This document shows, in pieces, positions 13,481 through 27,993 of a DNA stretch of 64,000 bases. The notes below the pieces were generated by a model that was given only the letters and a program-made list of their open reading frames with translations, did not search any database and had not been told where the DNA came from. Every line of letters starts with the position of its first letter. The stretch's first letter is position 1. This DNA is from Eledone cirrhosa (Eukaryota), in assembly GCA_964016885.1 (NCBI GenBank), contig OZ024743.1, forward strand, positions 69,440,001 to 69,504,000, given 5' to 3'. The position numbers and the translations under genes were made by a program.

Positions 13481-13883
13481 ATATATATATATATATAGGG
13501 AGAAAGAGAGAGAGGAGGGATAGAGAGGGGAGGGGAGAGAACAAAATCGAAATCAGTGTTGCAGTTTAGATGTGTCTTTGAACCTCTATACTCGCATATC
13601 TGGTGTGATGTCGGAGAAGAGTCGAACCCGATCATATTGATTGTACCATGTGGTGATCGACATCAAATCAATTGTAATATGCCGATTACAGATTTTACAT
13701 ATACTCCAGCACTGACTTCGAGTCTACTTAATCTATTTACACTCTGCACAATACAACCTCCCAAACTCTGGAATACAACCTACCACGAGATGGACCTCAT
13801 AATAGGAGTCAGTGCTTCAAACGGCGCAGCGCTGCCTGTAACTGTAGTTACACACCTAACTGACACACACGCACACACACACA

Positions 13884-13971
<88 letters not shown>

Positions 13972-14520
13972 CATATATATATAAAATTTCAGGTTATCAA
14001 TAATGTAGTGATAATATATCGTTACGTTAGAGATGAACAGCGTACGTGCAGGTTTGCTCAACGAGTATAAATTATATTCCGGAGAAAATGTAGAAAGGAT
14101 GAATATAAAATGAAAGTGCTTTTGTTAAAAAAGGAATTTATTAGGTATTGACATATGTTTCTGTAACAGACCGAATACCTATGTATCGCTGCTTGCGTAA
14201 TCATATAATGTTAGCAAGTATTCGATAGCAAATGTATAATCAGTTGTCACTTCTTCAGAGATTTTGGATAAATTGGATAAAATCAGAAAAATTGAAGTAT
14301 TTATATTAGTAAAAGAGGAAGGAACAGAGGGGATAGTATATGACAGATGGTAAATTAATTTACTGCTAAACAAGTATATAATGGGTTTCTAATGAGAATA
14401 CCATGAGTAAATCTAAATAAGAATTTTGGGAGTGCCAATTTTAATCTCTACTTGACCAACTGGACGGTGGACAGGGCTGGTCATTTGGTGCAGTAGTATT
14501 AAGGTACTCAATACAAAGCA

Positions 14521-14586
<66 letters not shown>

Positions 14587-14588
<2 letters not shown>

Positions 14589-15031
14589 GATATTAAATAA
14601 ATGGAAACTATATTTATAAAACCATATTTATTTCATTATATATATTTCAGGGATATCATATTAAAAAATATGTTATGCCTTCTTCAGACAAAATACAATA
14701 TAAACAGTCTTATAAATAGATAGATTTGACATACCTTTCAACTTCATCTTCATTTAAAAAGTTGATTTGGTACTTTTTAAATGAAGATGAAGTTGAAAGG
14801 TATGTCAAATCTATCTATTTATAAGACTGTTTATATTGTATTTTGTCTGAAGAAGGCATAACATATTTTTTAATATGATATCCCAGAAATATATATAATG
14901 AAATAAATATGGTTTTATAAATATAGTTTCCATTTATTTAATATCGTAAATATACTCCAAATACTTGTTGAGTGCTTTTATATCAGTTATAAATATTTAC
15001 TCGTTGTAACCCAACAATTTAAATAAAACTT

Positions 15032-15034
<3 letters not shown>
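14587..15034. mobile_element. Fold-back PLE-type element (family F): ~176-bp near-perfect inverted repeat plus ~87-nt tail
   Basis: Arms 14587-14762 / 14772-14947, 9-nt loop, (TA)n on both sides. A related single copy lies at 30801-31020(-). Confidence 0.9.
14630..14694 (-). ncRNA. Type-I hammerhead ribozyme (mirror copy at 14840-14904 on +)
   Basis: ATTTTGT-CTGAAGA-AGG..CATATT tttt AATATG..CCT-GAAA-TATAT-ATA-ATGAAAT. Confidence 0.7.
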
Positions 15035-15106
<72 letters not shown>

Positions 15107-15195
15107 TGCTTTGTATTGAGTACCTTACTTATTGTGGTTACCCCCGATTGAACCCGGGATAAACTTATATATATATGTGTGTGTGTGCGTGTAAA

Positions 15196-15652
15196 CTGCA
15201 TTTGACGGCTTATAAGACGCACCTTAATTGGGTAGGCATTCAAAATAAATAAATAGGTTTAAACTACGAATGTCAAGTGAAGGGCATAATGTTTTTATTT
15301 TTATGCTACATCGTCATTCTGGTTGTAATATGTAGATACATTTTTAAAATATAAAGAAGTGTGAACATGAATTTTTGTTGAAACACTTTTACATTTTTAA
15401 CAGAGAAGAACGTAAAAATATATGATTTTTATTCATGAGAAAATTAATTAGAATAGTATGTATTGTTTGCGTAGAAGCTATCTCTAACTTGTTAGCATAA
15501 GCGTAGATATTTACGGTATCATTTAAGGGTCATTGCAGCACTAGAACTCCACTAGCCAGTTACCTACACTGACCCTTCACCTTATAAGACGCAGGGTGAT
15601 TTTCTGAGATATTTTTAGGGAAAATATGCGTCTTATAAGCCGTCAAATACGG
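15196..15652. mobile_element. Non-autonomous Tc1/mariner-superfamily DNA transposon (MITE)
   Basis: TIRs CTGCATTTGACGGCTTATAAGACGCA / TGCGTCTTATAAGCCGTCAAATACGG, followed by TA. An internal subterminal CTTATAAGACGCA lies at ~15581. Confidence 0.85.
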
Positions 15653-15710
15653 TATATATGTATGAAAAAGTGAGAGAAAAGTCAGTGTCTGTCCGCCTGC
15701 CTGTCCGCCT

Positions 15711-15748
<38 letters not shown>

Positions 15749-15949
15749 CCTTGTCTGTGTCTTTGTGTGTATGTGTGTGTGTGTGTGTGTACATATGTGC
15801 GAATTGACGTATGTGTGTGTATGGGTGTGTGCACTTACGCGTGTGCGCCCGTGTGTATTGGGAAACGTGTGTGTGTTAATGTAAGTATGATGTATACATT
15901 AGGTTAATTAAAAGAAAAGTGTTAGCTTGAGCTAATGGTGTGAATAGAA

Positions 15950-16570
15950 GTGAAGAAAAGAAAACAAGCAACACGAAATATGGCGCACAGTTCTGTATTG
16001 AGAGTAAAACATCGAAGAAAAAAGGAGAGGAGGAAGGAAAGAAAGAAGAAATAAAGCAAAGTGGGGAAGAAGCGGGGCGGGGAGAAGAGCAGGAAAGCTG
16101 AGGGGGGAAGAAAAAGAATGGAAGAAAGTGAGTGAGGAAGGAAAGAAAGCAAAGAAGAAAGAAATGAAGACACAAAGACGATAGAAGAAAGCTAAGAATA
16201 GAATATATAATAAGAGAGAATAAGAATCTAAGAAAGAAAGGAATGAAGTAATAAATAAAGAGAAGAAAAATGGAAAGAAGAATGGCAAGGAAGAAAGAAA
16301 ACAATGAAATGAAAGAAAAATAAAACCACAAAAGAAAGCTAAAAGGATAGAGGAAATATACGAAAGAGAAGAAAGGTGAGAAAAATTGAAAAGAAAGATG
16401 AAAAGAGAATAGAAGAAAAGATGGGAAAAGGATAGAAGAAAGAAATGAAAAGAAGAGAAGAAAGAAAAGAAAAGGATAGAAGAAAAGAAAACGAAAGATT
16501 AAAAGAAAACGAAAGAAGAAAAGAAGGCGAAAAGAGAGAAGAAAGATATGAATATTAGAAAGTCAGAAGA
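15950..16570. repeat. Purine-rich (GAA/GAAA) low-complexity tract
   Basis: Almost only A/G on the + strand. Confidence 0.85.
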
Positions 16571-16870
16571 GTGAGAATAGATACAAAGTTTGAAACCTAT
16601 TCCACCATAAAGGTGGAAAATAGAACAAGGATGTCTTCAAGAAATGAAAGAACTAAGGAAATAGAAGCAGAATGAAAGAATATAATATATTTCTCCACAG
16701 GGTACGATGACATTTTAGAAGATGAGAGAATAGAGAAACTGTGAGGTGAGGGATAAATCTAACGGACGGTCTATCAGACATTTTGTCTCATAGGACTGGA
16801 AGATCAAATGCACTGTGTGATGTTTCATTGTATCATTGTATATAATTGTTTAAGAATTTATAGTATATAT

Positions 16871-17018
<148 letters not shown>

Positions 17019-17247
17019 TATATACACATATATTCCATATAACATGTCATGCTATACATACAGAAGAATAGTTAGTTGATTATAATGGAGAAGTGAACTG
17101 TGCTTTGAATTCTGCTCTTTTTGGTGTGTGGATTTGTCTACGTTCGACAACACGTTGTACAACTTAGGTTTAGCTATCTATCTAGTGACATAGGGGAATC
17201 ACTTAAATGTGCACACATACATACATAAAAAAACATACATACATACG

Positions 17248-17306
<59 letters not shown>

Positions 17307-17315
17307 ATATATATA

Positions 17316-17406
<91 letters not shown>

Positions 17407-17495
17407 ATAATAATAAATTTGAAGACTAAAATCCAAAGAGGGCTCGATAAGGATAAATATATATCAAATATATAAGAACCGTAGAGCAAAAATTT

Positions 17496-18450
17496 ATTAA
17501 AATAACAGATTAAAGTTTAAGCAAAGAATCGCTGTTTTCACCCTTAACGGGATCTTCTGAAACTAACAAAGTCAATCTGTAAACGCAGAAGTCGATATTT
17601 CAAAAAACGTTGCAACCGGAGGAAGACAGGAAGACGATACTTTGGTTCGTGGAAACGTTCCCTGGCAAAGAACGGGGAAAAACGAATATAATACGTCATT
17701 AATAGGAACGGTGAAAACGCGTCTGTTTTCTGTATCAGGAGTTTTAGGTATGTTTTCCTGCTTGGTACGGGTATGTTCTTTGTAGAAATATTCAGATGTT
17801 GTTTCTGCATGATGAATATAAGTCAATAGAGTGCTCAACCGAGGGAGCCAAATAGTAATAATAATAAATTTGAAGACTAAAATCCAAAGAGGGCTCGATA
17901 AGGATAAATATATATCAAATATATAAGAACCGTAGAGCAAAATATATTTATTTAATTTCTATTACCTCTTTATTGTATTTATTTACTTTGTTCTTAACTC
18001 TGAAGCGGAGATTCATTCGGTCTCCTATTTAGAATTTAGTCTACGACTTCTGCTATACCATTTACGTGGTTTTGTCTTTGCGTGTAATTGTTCTCTACGC
18101 TGCACATATGACGTATCATCTTCGTTTTTTTCGTTCATTGCCAGAGAACGTCTCTATGAACCACCTAAGAGAACATTAGTCTACGACCTCTTTTATACCA
18201 TAAACGTGGTTCTGTCTTTGAGCGTAATTGCTTTTCACCGCTCCTATTAATGACGTATTATATTCGTTTTTTCCCGTTCTTTGCCAGGGAACGTTTCCAC
18301 GAACCAAAGAATCGTCTTTCTGCCTTCCTCCCGTTGCAACGTTTTTTGAAATATCGACTTCTGCGTTTACAGATTGACTTTGTTAGTTTCAGAAGATCCC
18401 GTTAAGGGTGAAAGCAGCGATTCTTTGCTTAAACTTTAATCTGTTATTTT

Positions 18451-18452
<2 letters not shown>
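17496..18452. mobile_element. Inverted pair of family E fragments (17496-~17760 vs ~18240-18452); further copies 19960-20274, 23329-23396, 32378-32428
   Basis: Shared end AAGGGTGAAAGCAGCGATTCTTTGCTTAAACTTTAATCTGTTATTTTAA, usually abutting (TA)n, in both orientations. Confidence 0.8.
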
Positions 18453-18486
<34 letters not shown>

Positions 18487-18488
<2 letters not shown>

Positions 18489-18787
18489 GTTATACTTTGG
18501 GAGGGTCATGTTGCCAATAAGAAACACACGCACCAGTTGCTTTCACTTCAATTTATTATATATTTATAAATTTATAAATTTACAAATCTACAAACTTATA
18601 AATTTCTGGTTGGTTGGTTGGTTCCACAACCAGATAGTTGTTTATATATAGTCATAGTCCTTTCGTCAAACACTCTGTGACCTCTTCAGTGACTGGGGAT
18701 TCCTTTCTTTGTTTCTGTGCCTTTCCTTTCTTCTGTCCTACGCCATTTTGTTTCTGTGTGTGTGTTGCTAAACAAATTCAGAAACGA
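18487..18787. mobile_element. Family A element with HHR at 18650-18694(-)
   Basis: Minus strand reads AGTCA-CTGAAGA-GGTCA..TGAC-GAAAG-GA-CTA-TGACT. It ends with the inverted last ~22 nt of the family tail and sits in (TA)n. Confidence 0.85.
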
Positions 18788-18791
18788 AATA

Positions 18792-18833
<42 letters not shown>

Positions 18834-18858
18834 CACTCAATCCTGAACGAGCCTTCTT

Positions 18859-19960
<1,102 letters not shown>

Positions 19961-20272
19961 AAGTTTAAGCAAAGAATCGCTGCTTTCACCCTTAACGGGA
20001 TCTTCTGAAACTAACAAAGTCAATCTGTAAACGCAGAAGTCGATATTTCAAAAAACGTTGCAACCGGAGGAAGACAGGAAAACGATTCTTTGGTTCGTGG
20101 AAACGTTCCCTGGCAAAGAACGGGGAAAAACGAATATAATACGTCATTAATAGGAGCGGTGAAAAGCAATTACGCTCAAAGACAGAACCACGTTTATGGT
20201 ATAAAAGAGGTCGTAGACTAATGTTCTCTTAGGTGGTTCATAGAGACGTTCTCTGGCAATGAACGAAAAAAA

Positions 20273-20820
20273 CGTTTCTGAATTTGTTTAGCAAGATTCT
20301 TTATCTGAAAAACGTGTGTTGAAACCGATATCGTTATACATTGGGAGGGTTCATGTTGCCAATAAGAAACACACGCACCAGTTGCATTTCACTTCAATTT
20401 ATTATAATAAATTTACAAATTTAGGAATTTATAAATTTCCGGTTGGTTGGTTGGTTCCACAACCAGATAGTTGTTTATATATTGTCAAAGTTCTTTCGTC
20501 ACACATTTTGTGAACTCTTCAGTGACTGGCGATTATTTTCTTTGTTTTTTGTGCCTCTCCTTTGTTCTGTCCCACGCCATTTTGTTTCTGTGTCAGGCAC
20601 AAAAAACAAAGAAAAGAATCCCTAGTCACTGAAGAGGTCACAGAATGTGTGACGAAAGAACTTTGACAATATATAAACAACTATCTGGTTGTGGAACCAA
20701 CCAACCAATCGGAAATTTATAAATTCCTAAATTTATGAATTTATTATAATAAATTGAAATTGAAGTGAAATGCGACTGGTGCGTGTGTTTCTTATTGGCA
20801 ACATGACCCTCCCAAAGTAT

Positions 20821-20825
<5 letters not shown>
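20273..20825. mobile_element. Fold-back family A element with two opposed HHRs (20484-20526 minus, 20625-20667 plus) and a ~55-nt tail
   Basis: Arms ~20331-20590 / ~20597-20823. GTCA-CTGAAGA-GGTCAC..GTGAC-GAAAG-AA-CTT-TGAC. Confidence 0.88.
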
Positions 20826-20888
<63 letters not shown>

Positions 20889-20953
20889 CATAGTGTTTCT
20901 AATAAGTCTTTGAAGGAATTACATTAGTCCAGTCTCCTGTCATTTTACTCAAT

Positions 20954-21001
<48 letters not shown>

Positions 21002-21016
21002 TGTGTGTGTGTGTGT

Positions 21017-21064
<48 letters not shown>

Positions 21065-21144
21065 GGTAAACAGAAATAACAACACAATCGGTACTGTATA
21101 TGGAAGAGATATATTAGGTTAACGCTTGATATAGCAGGAAGTTG

Positions 21145-21180
21145 GTCTTAGCGTTTCGGACGCTAGTCTTTCATCAGAAG
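21145..21180 (-). ncRNA. Minimal type-I HHR (family B)
   Basis: CTGATGA-AAGAC-TAGC-GTCC-GAAACGCTA-AGAC. The copy near 36421 shows palindromic GAAACGTTA. Confidence 0.65.
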
Positions 21181-21409
21181 AAAGAATGAGAAATAATATA
21201 GATTGAGGGGACGGGCGGGTTGCAATTGAAAAAAATGTCTTTAGATAAAAATAACAGGTCCATTCTTGCTGACATCTCTTGCAAAACTGTTGTTGCTGGC
21301 ATTTTATGTATGATTTATTTTTTTAGAAAAGTGGATGATGGAGCGTGTCTAGCTGAAATGTAAAAAGAGATATACTTGTGCACGTGCTAAGCATATGTTT
21401 GTATGTGTG

Positions 21410-21508
<99 letters not shown>

Positions 21509-22067
21509 ATACGTCCGTACGAAGCTATGAAGAAATGTGTGTATATATGTTAGTAAAAGACTGTGTGTGCATGTAAGTACGAAGCTCTGAGCAAAAGTAT
21601 GTTAATATAAGGGTGTGTATGTGTGTAAACAGACCTGTGAAAGGAAAGAAAGGTGGAGTGAGCATATATAGTCGGCCTGTATTTGTTGTAAGAGAAGATG
21701 TTAATGATCAAGTGAGTGCGATAGGAATCTAATTAGTCGAAACTTCAAGAAGTTGAGATCTGAAGAGCATTATTTAATGTGATTTAATGTTATTTAATGT
21801 TTGTGACCTGTTCACTCTCATACATTCTTTTTCATTATCCATATCTTCTCTTCTTTCCTTCGAGTTAACTCACATCTACCTTCCAGGTAATATTTTACCC
21901 AACACAGCCTCTACGGTATTTTGGTGTTCTAACATCTTCCATAAGCTGACTTTTCCCATTTCCCTTAGAATCCTATACACTCGCGTTTCAAAACTGTATT
22001 TTCGAGTTAATTTGTATATATATCTATATATTTCTCTTTCTCTTTCTCTCACTCTCTCTCCCTCTCA

Positions 22068-22210
<143 letters not shown>

Positions 22211-22304
22211 CATGTGTGTATATATATGTATGTATATATATGTGTGTATATATATATGCATATATATATATATCATTTCATCAGAAACTGAGAAAATATT
22301 TTCT

Positions 22305-22413
22305 CAGTTTGTGATGAAATGATGAAGGCTGCATGTATTTTGAATTGAGTGCCACTGCCTTCAGTGTTTAGCAATTTTTAGAGAACTCTTTCATTGAAAC
22401 AATTGTTAGACTG
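22305..22413 (+). ncRNA. Type-I HHR with long stem-II insert, at the 5' end of a (TA)n-embedded element with a short fold-back (22273-22322)
   Basis: CAGTTT-(G)TGATGA-AATGA...TCATT-GAAAC-AATT-GTT-AGACTG. The inverted arm preserves intact CTGATGA. Confidence 0.7.
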
Positions 22414-22870
22414 TAAATAAATTACCTTGTGTGTACTGATGACCATGTTATTCTTCACTTTTTCAATTTTATTACTCCAAGATAAACTTACATAGGAATA
22501 CATGTGAAGTCAAAAACTCGTCATCCACGTAAACCTCTTGTTGAGTCGCACAACGCCGTACGCTTAAACTATCCATGATAAGTAGTTTTCACAACCTTTT
22601 ATCGGAATACCTTTAACGATATATTGTTATCCCCTCTCTCTCTATATATATACAAATATAGATTCAGCGAGAATCGCATTTCGGCGGGTAGAAAAGGCGA
22701 AACGAAACGCAAAAATCAGATATGATACTGGCAAGCGCTCGAGAGTTAAAAACTAGAGCTAAACAATATGTTAAGAGGCTATACAAAACTGAAATAGTGG
22801 TCAAGAAAGCGTCAACCACCCAAGCCAAAAAACAAATCAAGCTAAACAGGTCTAAACAAAATAAAATAAA

Positions 22871-22950
<80 letters not shown>

Positions 22951-23762
22951 TGTTTGTTTGATTTGAAAGCAACTAGCGATACATATATCTAGCTAGCAGA
23001 TACATATATCCTCGTTTCTCACATGTATGTATCGTCTGCAAACACTGCATACCGCATACACATATTGTCAGAAGTAATCCCCAATTGTTCATCTTTTTCC
23101 AAATAGCTTTAACAGTATTCTTCTTCGATTGTGTTTTCCAGGATATTCTATATCTCCACACCCCGAACGTTTAGTCATGTCTGATTAGGCTATGAATATT
23201 CCTGAGAAATTCAAGAGTAAATTATTCAAATTTGGACATCACGAATATAATATCCCAAGTTTGTGAGTACTCATTCTCGCAACCTGGAATAAGTAAGTGG
23301 ATACTTGTATAAACACACAGGCATATATATTAAAATAACAGATTAAAGTTTAAGCAAAGAATCGCTGCTCTCACCCGTAACGGGATTTTCTGAAACATAT
23401 ATACACATATAAATATATATAGATACATGTGCATACACAAACAGACAGACGTATGTATATACATATAGTTGAATGTATATACACACATATATATATATAT
23501 ATATATTGTTGTAATATTGCCAGAAATTATAACGAAACATACTCACTGTTTGGTTTGGATAGACTTTCGCTTCTGTATCATTAATATCTCCATAATTAAT
23601 TGGCAGGCAATCTAGGTTTATCATTGATTGACCAACGGTTAAAAATACAGATAAAAATATATATATAAATAGTCTATCAAAGTTCTTTCTTCACACATCT
23701 GTGACATCATCAATGGGAATATTATGTTTCCTCCCGTTGTATTGTAATGTCTAAACACTTTT

Positions 23763-23802
<40 letters not shown>

Positions 23803-23882
23803 GCCTATGTATATACATATATATATATGCATATATATGTACAGATATATGCATACACAAGCACATATATATATATATATAA

Positions 23883-23934
<52 letters not shown>

Positions 23935-24349
23935 CTGTGTGTGTGAGCATGTGTGTATATATATATCTAAGTGTATGTGTATGAGTACTGTCGTCACATC
24001 AATGTAGTAATTACGTCTACTGAGATTTTTATGACAAAGATATAAAGGAAGAAGGCAAAAAAAGATGAAAAACGTCAGAGAAAAGCAAATCAAAGCCAAA
24101 ATATAATTTATTCACGAACATATAGTAGATTTTCGCTCACACAAAGAAGAGAGGACCATCGCCAATCAATGTTTCTTTAGCTTCGATCCTAGACGGGTCA
24201 TGTGACTATAGTTGCTAATTAATTTATGAGTTAGGCTGTGAATAATAATATTGTAGATAAAGAAATCCACCAAAATATAGGAAAGCGGCTATGGAGATAT
24301 CACAGCAACCACTACAGTTATATCTACAAAGAAAAGAGAATATCAGCAA

Positions 24350-24420
<71 letters not shown>

Positions 24421-24470
24421 GATATATCCATATCTATCTATCTATATATACACTCAGACACACACGTATA

Positions 24471-24512
<42 letters not shown>

Positions 24513-24516
24513 CACA

Positions 24517-24549
<33 letters not shown>

Positions 24550-24552
<3 letters not shown>

Positions 24553-27040
24553 CGTGTGTGTCTAAATTTGTGTGTATGTCTGTGTATTTGTCTAAATGTG
24601 TGTGCAAGTGTCTGTGTATGTGTCTAAAAGTGATTGTCTGTCTGTGTGTGTGTCTAAAAGTGTGCGTCTGTCTGTGTATGTGTCTAAATCTGTGTGTCGG
24701 TCAGTGTATGTGTCTAAATGTGTGTCTGTCTGTGTATGTGTCTAAATGTGTGCGTCTGTCTGTGTATGTGTCTAAAAGTGTGCGTCTGTCTGTGTATGTG
24801 TCTAAATGTGTGTCTGTCAGTGTATGTGTCTAAATGTGTGTGCAAGTGTCTGTGTATGTGTCTAAAAGTGATTGTCTGTCTGTGTGTGTGTCTAAAAGTG
24901 TGCGTCTGTCTGTGTATGTGTCTAAATCTGTGTGTCGGTCAGTGTATGTGTCTAAATGTGTGTCTGTCTGTGTATGTGTCTAAATGTGTGTGTCTGTCTG
25001 TGTATGTGTCTAAATGTGTGTGTGTATGTCTGTGTATGTGTCTAAAAGTGTGTGTATGTCTGTGTATGTGTTTAAATGTGTGCCTGTCAGTGTATGTGTC
25101 TAAATGTGTGTGTCTGTCTGTGTATGTGTCTAAATGTGTGTCTGTATGTCTGTGTATGTGTCTAAATGTGTGCGTCTGTCTGTGTATGTGTCTAAATGTG
25201 TGTGTCTGTCTGTATATGTATATAAAAGTGTGTGCGTCTGTCTGTGTATGTGTCTAAATGTGTGTGTATGTCTGTATATGTGTCTACAAGTGTGTGCGTC
25301 TGTCTGTGTATGTGTCTAAATGTGTGTCCGTCTGTCTGTGTATGTGTCTAAATGTGTGTGTGTGTGTCTGTGTATGTGTCTAAATGTGTGTGCGTCTGTC
25401 TGTGTATGTGTCTAAATGTGTGTGTGTGTGTGTCTGTGTATGTGTCTAAATGTGTGTGCGTCTGTCTGTGTATGTGTCTAAAAGTATGTGTGTATGTCTG
25501 TGTATGTGTCTAAATGTGTGCGTCTGTATGTGTATGTGTCTAAATGTGTGCGTCTGTCTGTGTATGTGTCTAAAAGTGTGTGGCTGTCTGTGTATGTGTC
25601 TAAATGTGTGCGTCTGTCTGTGTATCTGTCGAAAAGTGTGTGCGTCTGTCTGTGTATGTGTCTAAATGTGTGTGCATGTGTCTGTGTATGTGTCTAAATG
25701 TGTGTGCGTCTGTCTGTGTATGTGTCTATATGTGTGTGCGTCTGTCTGTGTATGTGTCTAAATGTGTGTGTCTGTCTGTGTATGTGTCTAAATATGTGTG
25801 CGTATGTCTGTGTATGTGTTTATATGTGTGTGCGTATGTCTGTGTATGTGTCTAAATGTGTGTGTCTGTCTGTGTATGTGTCTAAATGTGTGTGCGTCTG
25901 TATGTGTATGTGTCTAAATGTGTGTGTCAATATGTGTATGTGTCTAAATGTGTGTGTGTCTGTCTGTGTATGTGTCTAAATGTGTGTACGTCTGTCTGTG
26001 TATGTGTCTAAATGTGTGTACGTCTGTCTGTGTATGTGTCTAAATGTGTGTGCGTCTGTCTGTGTATGTGTCTATATGTGTGTGCATCTGTCTGTGTATG
26101 TGTCTAAATGTGTGTGTCTGTCTGTGTATGTGTCTAAATGTGTGTGTCTGTCTGTGTATGTGTGTGTCTGTCTGTGTATGTGTCTAAATGTGTGCGTGTC
26201 TGTCTGTGTATGTGTCTAAATGTGTGTGTCAATATGTGTATGTGTCTAAATGTGTGTGTGTATGTCTGTGTATGTGTCTAAATGTGTGTACGTCTGTCTG
26301 TGTATGTGTCTAAATTGTGTGCGTCTGTCTGTGTATGTGTCTAAAAGTGTGTGTATGTCTGTGTATGTGTCTAAATTGTGTGCGTCTGTCTGTGTATGTG
26401 TCTAAATATGTGTGCGTATGTCTGTGTATGTGTCTAAATGTGTGTTCGTCTGTCTGTGTATGTGTCTAAATATGTGTGCTTCTGTCTGTGTATGTGTCTA
26501 AATGTGTGTGCGTGTGTCTGTGTATGTGTCTAAATGTGTGTGCGTGTGGCTGTGTATGTGTCTAAATGTGTGTGCGTCTGTCTGTGTATGTGTCTAAAGT
26601 GTGTGCGTCTGTCTGTGTATGTGTCTAAATGAGTGTGCGTCTGTCTTTGTATATGTCTAAACGTGTGTGTGCATGTCTGTGTATGTGTCTAAATGTGTGT
26701 GTCTGTCTGTGTATGTGTCTAAATGTGTACCTGTCTGTGTATGTGTCTAAATGTGTGTGTGTATGTCCGTGTATGTGTCTAAACGTGTGTGTGTCTGTCT
26801 GTGTATGTGTCTAAATGTGTATGTCTGTCTGTGTATGTGTCTAAATGTATGTGTGTATGTCTGTGTATGTGTCTAAATGTGTGTGCGTGTGTCTGTGTAT
26901 GTGTCTAAATGTGTGTGTATGTCTGTGTATGTGTCTAAATGTGTGCGTCTGTCTGTGTATGTGTCTAAATGTGTATATGTCTGTCTGTGTATGTGTCTAA
27001 ATGTGTGTGTGTATGTCTGCGTATGTGTCTAAATGTCTGT
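24550..27040. repeat. ~28-32-bp minisatellite (GTCTAAATGTGTGTGCGTCTGTCTGTGTATGT)n
   Basis: Tandem units anchored on GTCTAAA, with a ~240-bp higher-order duplication near 24590/24830. Confidence 0.95.
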
Positions 27041-27552
27041 GCGTGTGTTTGTGTGTGTGTGCACATACAGTCAGAGTTAGGTGGAGATCAAATATAATAT
27101 AATGTAGGGGTGACTATGCCTAGAAGCTAGAGAATTGAAGATGTCTATTTAGTTGTGTGGGAATAATGTTCTGGTGTGAGACGAAGTGTCAATGTCTGGT
27201 TAGTGAGAGATCAGGTGTATGTGCATATATGGTGGATGCTTATGGCGGATGTGTGGGTACAAGTGTTGGATAGTGTGTATATTACTGTCTCGTTAGAACA
27301 TCAGATACAGTAACATCACAAGTCTCATTACAATTATGAGTCTGTTTAGTTGCCAGTATTGTTTAACCCTAGGTCAGTGTAGTTGGAGCAGATGCACAGA
27401 CAAATATATTTGAGTCTTGTCCATCGAGGTTGTCGTCTCTGTGCTGGAAATTCAGATCAAGATCCAGATTTGGATGCTTATTTAACAGGTTGAACAGCAA
27501 AGTGTCGGCTACATGCTTAATTTGTGACTATATAGTGATGACTACGTAATAA

Positions 27553-27662
27553 GGCTGAGTGGTTAGAGAATTGGATTCACAATCGTGAGGTTGTGAGTTC
27601 GATTCCTGAACCGGGCCTTGCGTTGTGTCCTTCAGCAAGACACTTTATTTCACGCTGCTCCT
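27553..27662 (+). mobile_element. tRNA-derived SINE head (second SINE family)
   Basis: A box GGCTGAGTGG, B box GAGTTCGATTCC, then TTGTGTCCTTCAGCAAGACACTTTATTTCAC. Confidence 0.8.
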
Positions 27663-27758
27663 TCTACCTGGAGTTGCGACCGATAGATAGTATTAGCAAT
27701 TGGAAAGACCAACGGAAACATTGTTTCCTTGGTCCGATCTGACGAAAGTCGATCGACT

Positions 27759-27855
<97 letters not shown>

Positions 27856-27943
27856 TGTGTGTGTATAACTTAATCCAGGTTCAATCGGAGGTAACCACAG
27901 TAAGTAAGGTACATAGAAGCGTATAAATGTTTAACATAGAAAA

Positions 27944-27993
27944 GCTTCTCACAGGACTACAACTGTTTCATTCATGCGAAATCATCAGGAAGC
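27944..27993 (-). ncRNA. Minimal HHR (family D; tails also at 14498-14525, 15105-15167, 36520-36557, 61035-61097)
   Basis: GCTTC-CTGATGA-TTTC-GCAT-GAAT-GAAAC-AGTT-GTA...GAAGC. Family tail GTGGTTACCCCCGATTGAACCCGGGATAA. Confidence 0.55.

Noticed and set aside
14587-14947. Interpreting the hairpin elements as MITEs with long TIRs
   Set aside because: The ends are asymmetric (one-sided tail), arm lengths vary between copies, single-arm copies exist, and the arms contain HHRs. This fits retroelement termini better.
27553-27625. tRNA gene
   Set aside because: A and B boxes are present, but there is no acceptor-stem pairing and it continues into a SINE body.
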